Source of the DNA: a virus
Taxonomy: Duplodnaviria > Heunggongvirae > Uroviricota > Caudoviricetes
DNA length: 62,194 nt
IMG/VR virus record: IMGVR_UViG_3300000304_000005
Coordinates: 64,001-126,194 of that record
Strand: one strand, 5' to 3'
Every line of letters starts with the position of its first letter. Position 1 is the stretch's first letter. Shown here one piece after another: positions 53,060 to 62,186 of the stretch. A program made the translations under genes and the position numbers. The notes below the pieces were generated by a model. The model searched no databases. It was not told the DNA's origin and saw only the letters and a program-made list of their open reading frames with translations.

Positions 53060-53434
53060 ATGCACGTTCAGTTTATGCAGTATATCATTACCGCTGTGTT
53101 GGCGATGTATGGACTTACACCGGCATGGTGCGACTCATGCGGCGAGAGCTATCTTAGCGACCAGATGACTTATTGCGACTGTTGTGGAGCCACCATTTGC
53201 CCTGTATGCGATGATTTGTACGAGGGCGTGGGTTGCTACGTATGTGATGGAAACGCGGCAAATATCGGTACTACAGTTTGCGAGTCGTGCGGTGAACCAT
53301 GCATGTGCTATGATATGACCACGTGTCCAAACTGCAATGCGAACATTTGTACGCTGTGTGATTTGGAGTATGTTGAGCATTGTGAGAATGGATATATCCC
53401 CGGATGCTATGTATGCAATAGCAATCAACAATAA
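53060..53434 (+). CDS. Cys-rich protein with signal-like N-terminus and internal duplication
   Basis: 20 Cys in 124 aa, mostly CxxC; terminator at 53458-53484. Confidence 0.75.
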   Translation: MHVQFMQYIITAVLAMYGLTPAWCDSCGESYLSDQMTYCDCCGATICPVCDDLYEGVGCYVCDGNAANIGTTVCESCGEPCMCYDMTTCPNCNANICTLCDLEYVEHCENGYIPGCYVCNSNQQ

Positions 53435-53623
53435 CACAATATAAAATATTATCTATCAGCCCTGCTTTATAGTGGGGCTTTTTTATTAGCTACACAACGT
53501 CACTTAATTATTCCATTAGTGACACGACGTTATTTACATTGCTATGTATAAATAATATGAATTTGCCAACCACAAAAGAATCAAGCGCATTTACTGCTAA
53601 CATATAGTTGTTGAAAGAAACCA

Positions 53624-53890
53624 ATGAAAGGGAAACCAATGGTCACTATCACAACGGCACAAACCAAAACCGTCTTGCATCTTGACAAAGGCGAGAAAAC
53701 TACTATCATTTACAGCGATGGCGCACACACTCACAAGATTAATCGTTATGTGTGGACTGCAAGGGAGGATAGCTCAACATGGGCTAGGTTTTGCGACCAA
53801 TGGAACCGTGTATACAAGCGTGATGATTGTTGCTATGTTGATGGCATGTACAAAAACAATGTATATGACCTTGATAGTTTTGCTGAATAA
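53624..53890 (+). CDS. Hypothetical early protein
   Basis: 88 aa (start may be 53639). Confidence 0.7.
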   Translation: MKGKPMVTITTAQTKTVLHLDKGEKTTIIYSDGAHTHKINRYVWTAREDSSTWARFCDQWNRVYKRDDCCYVDGMYKNNVYDLDSFAE

Positions 53891-54059
53891 TTTTTTAAAA
53901 TAACTACTCGCCAACAACAATGCTATTAGCGAGGTATCAGTTATGGTACCTCGTTTTTTATTTGTGTAGATTATATGAAGTTCAAGAATCACAACCGATA
54001 CAAAGCTGATGATGCTACTATGAATACAACAAGAAAGCCTAAGAGAAAGGGCAAACACA

Positions 54060-54425
54060 ATGCGTATTATCAGAACCCTTACACGCAATGAATGCGCTCG
54101 CGCCCTTAATTTCATTAACCATACGAACCATTTCAACGAGCGTATCAACAGGCTCACACGCACTGGTATGGGCATTGGTAAGGTTGTTTCCGGCTTTCTG
54201 GTAGATAAAGACCACGAGAACGGACTTGAAGAACATTACATCACGACAACAGGGCTTGTTGTTATCCGCAACCACAACACGCATAAGGCAATCACTGTAC
54301 TTGTTGCACGTCCTGCGCAGATTAATAGATATTACTACAACGTTAGCGATACTGTAATGCCGGTTGTTGCAGCTGTCAAGAAGATTGCTAAATACAATTG
54401 CGAGGTATGCCACTACAATTACTGA
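54060..54425 (+). CDS. Hypothetical phage protein
   Basis: 121 aa after a boxed promoter. Confidence 0.75.
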   Translation: MRIIRTLTRNECARALNFINHTNHFNERINRLTRTGMGIGKVVSGFLVDKDHENGLEEHYITTTGLVVIRNHNTHKAITVLVARPAQINRYYYNVSDTVMPVVAAVKKIAKYNCEVCHYNY

Positions 54426-54529
54426 TGTGTAGGAATTGTGACGGAAAAATATTTGCTCTAAACATTTGACAACTACTTGCCACGATGTTATATTATGAGT
54501 GTCAAAAAAGACAGAAAGGAACCAGAACA

Positions 54530-54799
54530 ATGACCACCTACAAGAAGCAGCTTACCAACGAGCTTATTGACGCTATCGAAACGGTTTGCGGTGCTTGCCC
54601 TTATATTTCCGACTGCCAGATTACCGACGAGATTGCTAACCAGATGGGGCTTGACGATGATACTCTTTACGATTCAAACGAGAAGTATTGCGAGCGGTGC
54701 ATGGTTCGTCGCATGTATGAACTGTTCTATGCTGAGGACGAGAATGGCGATTATCTACCCATGTCCGCACCTGAGCGGCAAGCTATCATCAACTACTAG
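54530..54799 (+). CDS. Hypothetical Zn-binding early protein
   Basis: 89 aa with two CxxC, GAAAGGA RBS; TTGACA-17-TATATT promoter upstream. Confidence 0.75.
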   Translation: MTTYKKQLTNELIDAIETVCGACPYISDCQITDEIANQMGLDDDTLYDSNEKYCERCMVRRMYELFYAEDENGDYLPMSAPERQAIINY

Positions 54800-55006
54800 A
54801 AATTGGCCGGGGTCTGTGTGCTATCCCCGTTTCAACAAGTAGAAGCGAAATAAACAATTAAATATATATGCTATTATAGATGGCTTATGCTCACCTATTT
54901 TTATTTATGTAGAAACTATGAAGACAAAAATTCTTGTTAGCTTTAGTCCACATTGGTGTACTATATAGATGTAAAGAAAAGGAACGTCAAAGGAGGGGCG
55001 AGAATC

Positions 55007-55339
55007 ATGCTAAAGAATCTAGACCAGATGGAAAATCTTATCAAATATGCTCAAACCTATGGCGTTGATTCCATCAATGATTATGGAGAGCATTGCAATG
55101 CTTACAACGTTGGTCTTTACTATGCATATATCAATTTTCAAAACAAGTATCGCGCATCGATTATCAAGCGGGAAGAAAGTATCGATAATCTAACTTTTGA
55201 TTATATTGACGTTGTGGTGTCCGATTGGAACGGATATCTTGATGCCGATATTTTATATGGAATTTGTGAGGATAATCATATTCCTTGCAAGAACGAACAG
55301 GAGCTTATTGGTATACTTGAAACAATTAGAAATCTTTAA
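55007..55339 (+). CDS. Hypothetical early protein
   Basis: 110 aa, AGGAGG RBS. Confidence 0.75.
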   Translation: MLKNLDQMENLIKYAQTYGVDSINDYGEHCNAYNVGLYYAYINFQNKYRASIIKREESIDNLTFDYIDVVVSDWNGYLDADILYGICEDNHIPCKNEQELIGILETIRNL

Positions 55340-55359
55340 GCCGACAGAAGGGTTACACG

Positions 55360-55719
55360 ATGAACAATGATAGGCTCACTAAAAAAAAGATTATGCAATA
55401 TATTAAAGATTCATACGACGCATATGACTATGAACAGATGTTTGTTCTAATGGTGAATTATTCTCGCTTACCCAGCGTTGAACGTAAGATAATCGAGTAT
55501 CTTTTTCCATATGACATTGTTAATATTACACGTTCAGAGCTTTCAAGCGCCATTCGTTCAGATAAAAGCGACGTGGGAAAGGCTGTGAACAGTCTAGAAC
55601 AACGCGGCATCATCCATGTAGTACGCAAGTACAATGACAACAGAAAGGTTAATCCTATGATTGGGTGCTTTATTGTCGAAGGCTGGCTGAATAATCTGAT
55701 TAATGGGGTAAAGATATGA
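55360..55719 (+). CDS. Winged-HTH (MarR-like) DNA-binding protein
   Basis: ITRSELSSAIRSDKSDVGKAVNSLEQRGIIHV. Confidence 0.7.
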   Translation: MNNDRLTKKKIMQYIKDSYDAYDYEQMFVLMVNYSRLPSVERKIIEYLFPYDIVNITRSELSSAIRSDKSDVGKAVNSLEQRGIIHVVRKYNDNRKVNPMIGCFIVEGWLNNLINGVKI

Positions 55720-55901
55720 GTAACAAACAAAAGGCATTTGATATTGTTTTTACCATATACCTTATTGCGATATATATGTCGTTGTTCATTGAGTGTATAT
55801 TCGTCGAAGAATGGTTGTTCGCTCTCATTTCACTGGCCGCAACATTAAATCGTTCTTATATGCTATATAGATATTTTATTAAATATAATATTGTTCGATA
55901 A
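55716..55901 (+). CDS. Small two-helix membrane protein
   Basis: 61 aa hydrophobic; ATGA overlap with the previous gene. Confidence 0.65.
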   Translation: MSNKQKAFDIVFTIYLIAIYMSLFIECIFVEEWLFALISLAATLNRSYMLYRYFIKYNIVR

Positions 55902-55913
55902 AAAGGGGAGATT

Positions 55914-56132
55914 ATGTATAAGACAAATAAAACAGAGCAAGTTCTTAATCATCTGCAACGTTATGGAAGTATTACAAGCCTTGATGCTATCGGTATGTAT
56001 GGCGCAACGCGACTTAGCGCAATTATCTATAATTTACGCAAGCGAGGATACAATATTGAGACTGTGAAGATGCCATTTACAGACCGATACGGCAATCATA
56101 CGGCATACGGAAAATATGTTATGGTCAACTAA
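55914..56132 (+). CDS. Winged-HTH protein (HTH_39-like)
   Basis: QVLNHLQRYGSITSLDA...RLSAIIYNLRKRGYNIET. Confidence 0.75.
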   Translation: MYKTNKTEQVLNHLQRYGSITSLDAIGMYGATRLSAIIYNLRKRGYNIETVKMPFTDRYGNHTAYGKYVMVN

Positions 56133-56247
56133 CATATATAATTTTGTTTGTGTAAGAATTATGGAGATGGAAAATCTCGCCAGAATCTAACTCGACAGTG
56201 CTATTATATAAGTGTCAAAAGAAAAGCCAACTAAGAAAGGAACTACG

Positions 56248-56772
56248 ATGGCTTACGATATGAACAATAGGAACTATCAGGAGCTTACTGACGATGAAAA
56301 GAAGTTCGTTGGTCTTGACGAACAGGAGCGTTATAAGGCAACGGAGAACATTCTGAACGACCTTGATGATGATGAACTTATGGATATGTTTCGTGAGCAG
56401 AACAGTTGGGATGGGTCTTTTGAATTTTGCGATGGATATGAGATGAGCGAGTTTCTTGCTGCGATGATTGAGGGGAAGAAGGGTCAAGAACTTATTGATT
56501 TCATTCTTGAGGTTGCGCAAGCAGTAAACGATTATAATGGGCATGATGATATCGAGGATGCGCAATGGGGATACTTTGATATTTATGGACTTAGCATTAA
56601 ATCTAACGATGATATCATTAATGAAGCGCGCAATGATTATCTGAGCGAGCTTGCAGAAAAAATTGTTGATGATACGCATCATATTTATGATATTCCAAGC
56701 GAGGTTGAAGATGTGCTGAATCTGTGGGAAATGGAGGACAATGAGGAATTTCTGAATGAAGATGATGATTAA
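56248..56772 (+). CDS. Highly acidic early protein
   Basis: 174 aa, very Asp/Glu-rich; GAAAGGA RBS. Confidence 0.8.
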   Translation: MAYDMNNRNYQELTDDEKKFVGLDEQERYKATENILNDLDDDELMDMFREQNSWDGSFEFCDGYEMSEFLAAMIEGKKGQELIDFILEVAQAVNDYNGHDDIEDAQWGYFDIYGLSIKSNDDIINEARNDYLSELAEKIVDDTHHIYDIPSEVEDVLNLWEMEDNEEFLNEDDD

Positions 56773-56774
56773 CA

Positions 56775-56957
56775 GTGGAACGTACATACTCATGTGTTAT
56801 CGTAACACGCAATGGAACGGAACCGTTCATCTATACTAGCGACCATAAAGCTGGCAGCAAAGCTAATTGTGAAGATGCTGTATTGCAATACAAGTTCATG
56901 CATGATGATGTATCATGGTGTGAGGTAGAGAAAAATTCTATTTATCGTATTGATTAG
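56775..56957 (+). CDS. Small early protein, paralogous to 49652-49837
   Basis: SDHKAGSKANCEDA motif; GTG start. Confidence 0.65.
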   Translation: MERTYSCVIVTRNGTEPFIYTSDHKAGSKANCEDAVLQYKFMHDDVSWCEVEKNSIYRID

Positions 56958-56974
56958 AAAGGATACATGAACCA

Positions 56975-57172
56975 ATGAGCACCCCTAAGAATATCTATCA
57001 GGAGTACGGTTATTATAATCGAGAGGATTATCTGCGCTGTCTTTCTGAAGATTGGGATATTCCGTTTATGACTGTAAAAATGCTTGCCGATATGTTGGGG
57101 CCTGATGAAGATTTTGATGGGCTTGTAACGATGCTAGAGGACGCAGACGAGATGGAGAATTTATTTATGTAA
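56975..57172 (+). CDS. Small acidic phage protein
   Basis: 65 aa; terminator at 57179-57207. Confidence 0.75.
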   Translation: MSTPKNIYQEYGYYNREDYLRCLSEDWDIPFMTVKMLADMLGPDEDFDGLVTMLEDADEMENLFM

Positions 57173-57326
57173 TAAATTAGCGGTACGAGAAATCGTGCCG
57201 CTTTTTTCATTTCTTATATTTTTTAAATTGTGTAGAAACTATGAACTGAAAATTTATCGGTACACATTCTAACAATTGATGTATTATATAGGTGTCAACA
57301 GAAGTCACGATTGAAAGGAAAGAACG

Positions 57327-57896
57327 TTGACGTACTATAACAAGTTTCTCATTGGCGCAACAAAAAATCACGAGCTTGTATTTGCTAACTTTGGAACTAG
57401 GCAATATGGGAATGAACAGCCTAAGTTCAGCGCTAGTTTCGATACCGTTATGCCGTTTAATGCGGATACATTTGATTTTACAAGCTATTGCGATATGCTT
57501 GTAAGCGAGATGGATAAAGACGGTCTGTGGGAGAAATGTGATGCCTATGATTGCAAGCCATCTGAACTTGCATGGCGTATGGCAGATAATCGTGATAATT
57601 GTGATGTTATGGAAATTATTGATTGCAGTCTTTATCCTGAACACTATGATATCGATGGGCATAATTGGTATTTTGAAAGCGTTGGTTGTGGGCAACACGA
57701 CACACGCGACGAGATTAAAGAAATCATTAACATTGACGCATATAATAAGCTACATGAACTGTGGGATAACTATCATTTGAATACGGTAGATGATTCTGTT
57801 GTTAAGCAGGTAGAAAAACTTGCAGAATCTTTTGCAGAAGTTAATGAGGAAGAATGGATTACTGATTATATTAAACGTCATATTGATGAACTGTAA
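57327..57896 (+). CDS. Acidic hypothetical early protein
   Basis: 189 aa, TTG start with GAAAGGA RBS; terminator at 57909-57941. Confidence 0.8.
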   Translation: MTYYNKFLIGATKNHELVFANFGTRQYGNEQPKFSASFDTVMPFNADTFDFTSYCDMLVSEMDKDGLWEKCDAYDCKPSELAWRMADNRDNCDVMEIIDCSLYPEHYDIDGHNWYFESVGCGQHDTRDEIKEIINIDAYNKLHELWDNYHLNTVDDSVVKQVEKLAESFAEVNEEEWITDYIKRHIDEL

Positions 57897-58069
57897 CAAC
57901 ATATAGACTGGTGAGTCATTTAATTATGACTCACCATTTTTATTGTGTAGAAAATGTGGATGGAAAATTTGTCGATGCATGGTTGATAAGTTGATGTATT
58001 ATATAGGTGTCGAAAAAACGACAGTTCTTTTAGAACAGTCGAAAAGATACAACACGAAAGGGTTAAGCA

Positions 58070-58282
58070 ATGGATATTAACGCACTGGTGGCATATAAGA
58101 ATCATTCAGACGAAACTGTGACGATTGAAAAGAATTTTGATTCTGATAAGGATGCAGATAAGTGGGTTAGGAGCAAAATGTTTCATATCTTTACAACCCG
58201 TCCCGATATCAAGTGGATTGAGGGAGATTGGGAGTCTGTCAGCGGTATTGGTTGCAATTATTACGTTACGATTGGGACATAA
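58070..58282 (+). CDS. Hypothetical early protein
   Basis: 70 aa, GAAAGG RBS. Confidence 0.7.
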   Translation: MDINALVAYKNHSDETVTIEKNFDSDKDADKWVRSKMFHIFTTRPDIKWIEGDWESVSGIGCNYYVTIGT

Positions 58283-58283
58283 G

Positions 58284-58559
58284 ATGAACAAGGTTATCAC
58301 ACGAGACATGATTGAAGATGGACTGTTGCATGGTGTCGTTACCGTTTGTCATGAGGAATGGGCAGGGGATAGCGACGGAGATTTGATTTGCAAGATTGGA
58401 GACGGTTGGTTTTATATCGATAACAGCATAGACGAAACCGATTATGATGAAGTTGTGGATTCTATCATCGGAACTCTTGATAGTTTCATGATGTGTCTTG
58501 AAGATGAAGATGAATATCTGTATTATTGTTATTACTTGATTGAAACTTTGGATGTATAA
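58284..58559 (+). CDS. Acidic hypothetical early protein
   Basis: 91 aa from MNKVITR. Confidence 0.7.
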   Translation: MNKVITRDMIEDGLLHGVVTVCHEEWAGDSDGDLICKIGDGWFYIDNSIDETDYDEVVDSIIGTLDSFMMCLEDEDEYLYYCYYLIETLDV

Positions 58560-58568
58560 GGAGTTATC

Positions 58569-58772
58569 ATGACGTGGCGTGAACTGGTTGATGCAATCAT
58601 TAAGAACTTGCCGGACAATGAATGGAATGAAACGGCACAACTGTTTGATTATAGTGATAACAACAATCCCGATGGGAATTATTGTAAGGCAACAGGATTT
58701 GAGCCTTACGACTTTGATGAAAAGCCGCAACGTAATTTCTGTATCGTGTTCAACAGCGAGGATTGGTTCTAA
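58569..58772 (+). CDS. Hypothetical early protein
   Basis: 67 aa, AAGGAG RBS. Confidence 0.7.
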   Translation: MTWRELVDAIIKNLPDNEWNETAQLFDYSDNNNPDGNYCKATGFEPYDFDEKPQRNFCIVFNSEDWF

Positions 58773-59203
58773 TGATTGATTATACTAAGCAATATAATCG
58801 ATACAAGAAGTTCAGCATTGAAGAGGTATATAATCTTTGGGTTAACGCACAACATGAATGCGAACGTCCAAATGGTAAGAAGTATTATAAGTGGGACAAA
58901 GTTCAAATCGCAAATAACGTTACCGTAAAGATGGATAGCCAACGTTATCAGGTATTTTTTGAGCGAGGTACCGATTGTGTATGCTGTGGATTGAAGGGCA
59001 GATATTTTTGGCTTGAACAATCGAAACACCAACAGGGAGCGGCATACCATTTCAACCTATATGGTATCGATGATGACGGCAGCGAAGTTCAACTTACCAA
59101 AGACCATATTATCCCTAAATCAAAAGGTGGTAAGAACTATATCGGCAACTATCAGACGATGTGCGATAGATGCAACATGAATAAAGCGGACAAGATTGCG
59201 TAG
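58772..59203 (+). CDS. HNH endonuclease
   Basis: CVCCG...TKDHIIPKSKGG...NYQTMCDRCNMNK; TAATG coupling to the upstream gene. Confidence 0.88.
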   Translation: MIDYTKQYNRYKKFSIEEVYNLWVNAQHECERPNGKKYYKWDKVQIANNVTVKMDSQRYQVFFERGTDCVCCGLKGRYFWLEQSKHQQGAAYHFNLYGIDDDGSEVQLTKDHIIPKSKGGKNYIGNYQTMCDRCNMNKADKIA

Positions 59204-59398
59204 GTGGTATCTATGGAGAACAGAGTATGGGCTATCATCGATATGGACAAAGGTATCGTGGCGCTTTGCAGCACGGGATTCATGGCGGCACAAATGGCTA
59301 ATGAGTATGTGAGCGCTAACTATCCCGTTGATACAATAGAAGAGTGTGAAAATGTAGAGATTAGAAGTATAGAGCTTGACACATGGATGGATTACTAA
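59204..59398 (+). CDS. Small hypothetical protein
   Basis: 64 aa (start may be 59213); terminator at 59398-59422. Confidence 0.6.
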   Translation: MVSMENRVWAIIDMDKGIVALCSTGFMAAQMANEYVSANYPVDTIEECENVEIRSIELDTWMDY

Positions 59399-59542
59399 GG
59401 GTGGAACAATCCACCCTTTTTTATTTATGTAGGAATTGTGAATATAAAATCCACACTTGAAACAACGGTGCGTTGCAGTATTATATAGGCAAGCAAAAAA
59501 AACAATCCCAACGGATTGAAGACAACAAGGAAAGGGACGGCA

Positions 59543-60193
59543 ATGCGTACTATCGTTGAAACCAAAGAAGTTTATACTTACGATGAGCTTTCTGATTCTG
59601 CAAAGCAAGCAGTAAAGGACTGGTATCTTACTGAACGCAGTTACTTTGGAGACTTTGATGAAATGGTAACGGAGGATTTGCGTAGTATATTCGGCGATAA
59701 TATGCTTGACGTGCAATATAGTTTGGGCTATTCGCAGGGCGATGGATTGAATATCTACGGAAAAATCAATGCTGAAAAGATTCTTGACTTTATGGATTCT
59801 GATGTGGCGGGTGCGTTGAGCAAGAAATATGGCAACGTTCTTTCTGATGATGACAAAAATAAAATCCGCCAATGGTGCAATAAGTATGGCGATATTCACT
59901 ATGATAGCGTAGGGATTATTATCGTTCCCAAAAATCCATCTCGATATTCTTATTGCGTATCGGATATGATTGAGTTTGCGGGCGATTGGGCAACCGAACT
60001 GCATTATTACGGCATTGAAGATAATGACGCGCTTTTTAAGTTTGAGCAGGTATGCCGCGATTTGTTCAATGAGCTTTGCAATATGTATGAACAGTGGGGA
60101 TATGAGTATTTTTATGAGATTGAAGACGATGAAATGAGCGAAATCTGTTCTGCTAATGAATGGGAGTTTTACAAGGATGGGCAAGTCCTGTAA
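59543..60193 (+). CDS. Acidic phage protein
   Basis: 216 aa; VYTYDELSDSAK...YEYFY...NEWEFYKDG, a motif I recall from phage early regions. Confidence 0.8.
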   Translation: MRTIVETKEVYTYDELSDSAKQAVKDWYLTERSYFGDFDEMVTEDLRSIFGDNMLDVQYSLGYSQGDGLNIYGKINAEKILDFMDSDVAGALSKKYGNVLSDDDKNKIRQWCNKYGDIHYDSVGIIIVPKNPSRYSYCVSDMIEFAGDWATELHYYGIEDNDALFKFEQVCRDLFNELCNMYEQWGYEYFYEIEDDEMSEICSANEWEFYKDGQVL

Positions 60194-60216
60194 GTTACCC
60201 ACGCTACATAGTCTAA

Positions 60217-60302
60217 AAGCGATTTATTAGGGCCTATTTGCCGCTGTAATTATCAGGCTGATAAATTATAGCTTGTTGGAAATATAGGCCCTTAAATCGC
60301 TT
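60217..60302. repeat. 86-bp near-perfect hairpin element
   Basis: AAGCGATTTA..AGGGCCTAT / ATAGGCCCT.TAAATCGCTT arms with inner GCTGTAAT/ATTATAGC and TATCAG/CTGATA pairs. Confidence 0.8.
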
Positions 60303-60420
60303 CTGAATGGCTTATCTCATTTGTGTAGAAAATATGTATTGAGAATTTCATCACGATATTAGAGCGATTGAAGAGTATAGTATTAGTTGTAAGGATAAGA
60401 CCAGCGAGAAAGGCAAAACG

Positions 60421-60960
60421 ATGGCTGTGAACAAGACCTATACTATCAAGCACAATGACTGGGATTATAGCGGCATGAATCCGGTCTATATTGATGATGC
60501 AGCGGGTATTATGGTTGAGCTATATCTCGAAAGCGATAAGACTGTTAAGCTACTTGGTAGTTCTACCAGCATGATTGACAATGGAAACGTTTATTATTAT
60601 GACCTTACGAGCAATTCGTTTGCAAACCGCGCATGGAACAATGCGTTTAGCGATATCAATGACGTGTTTGATAACGATGGAAACGTAATTGTTGATATTG
60701 ATGTGCCAGCATGGTTCATTGAGCACGCACAAAAGCTTATGGATATCGATAATGAATATGAGGATATCTTTGTCAATGCGTTTAAGGACTATAATGGAAA
60801 TGGCACGATTGATGATATTCGCGAGACTCTTCGCAAATATTTGGTAGATAATAATATAGATAGCAATGAATATGTTATCGATGATATTCTTGGTATCGCA
60901 GACGATAGTGGTATGCTGTGGTACGATTATGCTCGAAATCAGTATAACATCAATATCTAA
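60421..60960 (+). CDS. Acidic hypothetical early protein
   Basis: 179 aa, Asp/Asn-rich, after a boxed promoter. Confidence 0.8.
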   Translation: MAVNKTYTIKHNDWDYSGMNPVYIDDAAGIMVELYLESDKTVKLLGSSTSMIDNGNVYYYDLTSNSFANRAWNNAFSDINDVFDNDGNVIVDIDVPAWFIEHAQKLMDIDNEYEDIFVNAFKDYNGNGTIDDIRETLRKYLVDNNIDSNEYVIDDILGIADDSGMLWYDYARNQYNINI

Positions 60961-61009
60961 TGATTATTCATGGCCTATGGAGATATCTTCATATGGCGCT
61001 CCTTTAATA

Positions 61010-61071
61010 GTGGCGGCATGATACACCCTTTGTCCTTTCCGTGTTTGCTCCTTTCTTTATCATGCCGCCAC
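61010..61071 (+). terminator. Long-loop hairpin, possible terminator
   Basis: GTGGCGGCATGATA / TATCATGCCGCCAC 14-bp stem, with a T-tract a few bases downstream. Confidence 0.55.
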
Positions 61072-61317
61072 GCCCCTCCTTTTTTATCCTGCATATTTGT
61101 TCAAAAATGAATGGAGTTACAATGTCTAAGGAACTGTATATTAGTAACGATAATATCAGGTATGAGCATACACCTGAAAACGAATAAAAGAACTTGACCT
61201 ATACTACAGATATCCCATTACTATATGTCTACTATCGTTGATGTTGATATACAGAATGGAAACAGAATGGGCGCGTTTGTATGCGTCATGAAGATATAGA
61301 AGAAGAAACGGAGTAAT

Positions 61318-61554
61318 ATGAATATCGGATTTGTTGATATGACTAATGATATCCCGCAGCTTATTATTGCAGCCGGTGCGGAGATTTATAAAGATATTTA
61401 TGGTGGAAAAGGATATCACCAATATTTCGACAGCGACCCCGTGTACGTTATTCTGAAAGATTATGGGGATTATTACATGGTACGCCATCATTCGCTTGCA
61501 GATGGGATTACAGGATTCTTTAAGAAGTCAGACGTTCATTTGTATCAGGATTAG
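61318..61554 (+). CDS. Free-standing copy of the TMP SH3-like domain
   Basis: 78 aa, GGAG RBS; 30 of 57 aligned residues identical to the TMP segment at 260-430. Confidence 0.85.
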   Translation: MNIGFVDMTNDIPQLIIAAGAEIYKDIYGGKGYHQYFDSDPVYVILKDYGDYYMVRHHSLADGITGFFKKSDVHLYQD

Positions 61555-61562
61555 GAGTAACG

Positions 61563-61739
61563 ATGTTTGAGTTTCGGTTGGGTGTGCCGCAGATTATTAT
61601 GATTGCGTTAATAATTAGCAGCATTATTATTTCAATTGTTAATCATGGCAAGAAGAGGGAGCCATACAATGCATATAGCGTATTGATTGGTGCGGTATTC
61701 GAAGTCACATTGCTGTATTGGGGCGGATTTTTCAACTGA
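61563..61739 (+). CDS. Small two-helix membrane protein (58 aa)
   Basis: AGGAG RBS; PQIIMIALIISSIIISIVNHGKKRE...LLYWGGFF. Not in the ORF track. Confidence 0.7.
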   Translation: MFEFRLGVPQIIMIALIISSIIISIVNHGKKREPYNAYSVLIGAVFEVTLLYWGGFFN

Positions 61740-61754
61740 TTCTAAGGAGTAAGA

Positions 61755-62186
61755 ATGTCTAAAATCACATTCGATACGGAAGATTATTACGATGATGATA
61801 CACTTCAAGAAATGATTGAATATGAAACACGAAGACTGATTCGCAAGCATGTTGAAGATATGTTTAATCGGAAAACAGATGGAGATTCTTTTATCTACTA
61901 TGTTGCACGCAGAACAGTCCAAGAAGAGCTTGCCGGCATCATACCAGCATATAAGATAGACATCATGCATAAAGTTGGAGATGTTATAGAAGCAATGGCA
62001 GATTATCAAATCAGGTATGATGATAGTTTCAAGAAAACTCTAAGTGAGTGTATTGAGGAATGCCGACCGATGATTAAAAAACAGGTGGAAGATGCGTGTT
62101 CGGAAAAACTCGATGCATCTTATCTTGTTGATTGTGTATGTGATGAGTTCTATAATATGCTGAGCAAGATGCTTGCGGATGATTAG
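61755..62186 (+). CDS. Hypothetical helical protein
   Basis: 143 aa, AAGGAG RBS. Confidence 0.75.
   Translation: MSKITFDTEDYYDDDTLQEMIEYETRRLIRKHVEDMFNRKTDGDSFIYYVARRTVQEELAGIIPAYKIDIMHKVGDVIEAMADYQIRYDDSFKKTLSECIEECRPMIKKQVEDACSEKLDASYLVDCVCDEFYNMLSKMLADD

Larger units (their letters stand above)
50943..60381 (+). promoter_or_regulatory. Family of early promoters with a TRTGWA-N5-TRTGDA box 53 bp upstream of the -10
   Basis: Box/-10 starts: 50943/50996, 51452/51505, 51927/51980, 52483/52536, 53545/53598, 53963/54016, 54906/54959, 56149/56202, 57229/57282, 57944/57997, 59426/59479, and 60322/60376 (54 bp). Confidence 0.85.

Noticed and set aside
50943-60338. CRP site as the identity of the promoter box
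   Set aside because: CRP sites are palindromic (TGTGA-N6-TCACA); this box is a direct repeat with no TCACA half.
61100-61317. Possible gene or pseudogene upstream of 61318
   Set aside because: Only short frames (about 21-35 codons) that I could not join or assign.
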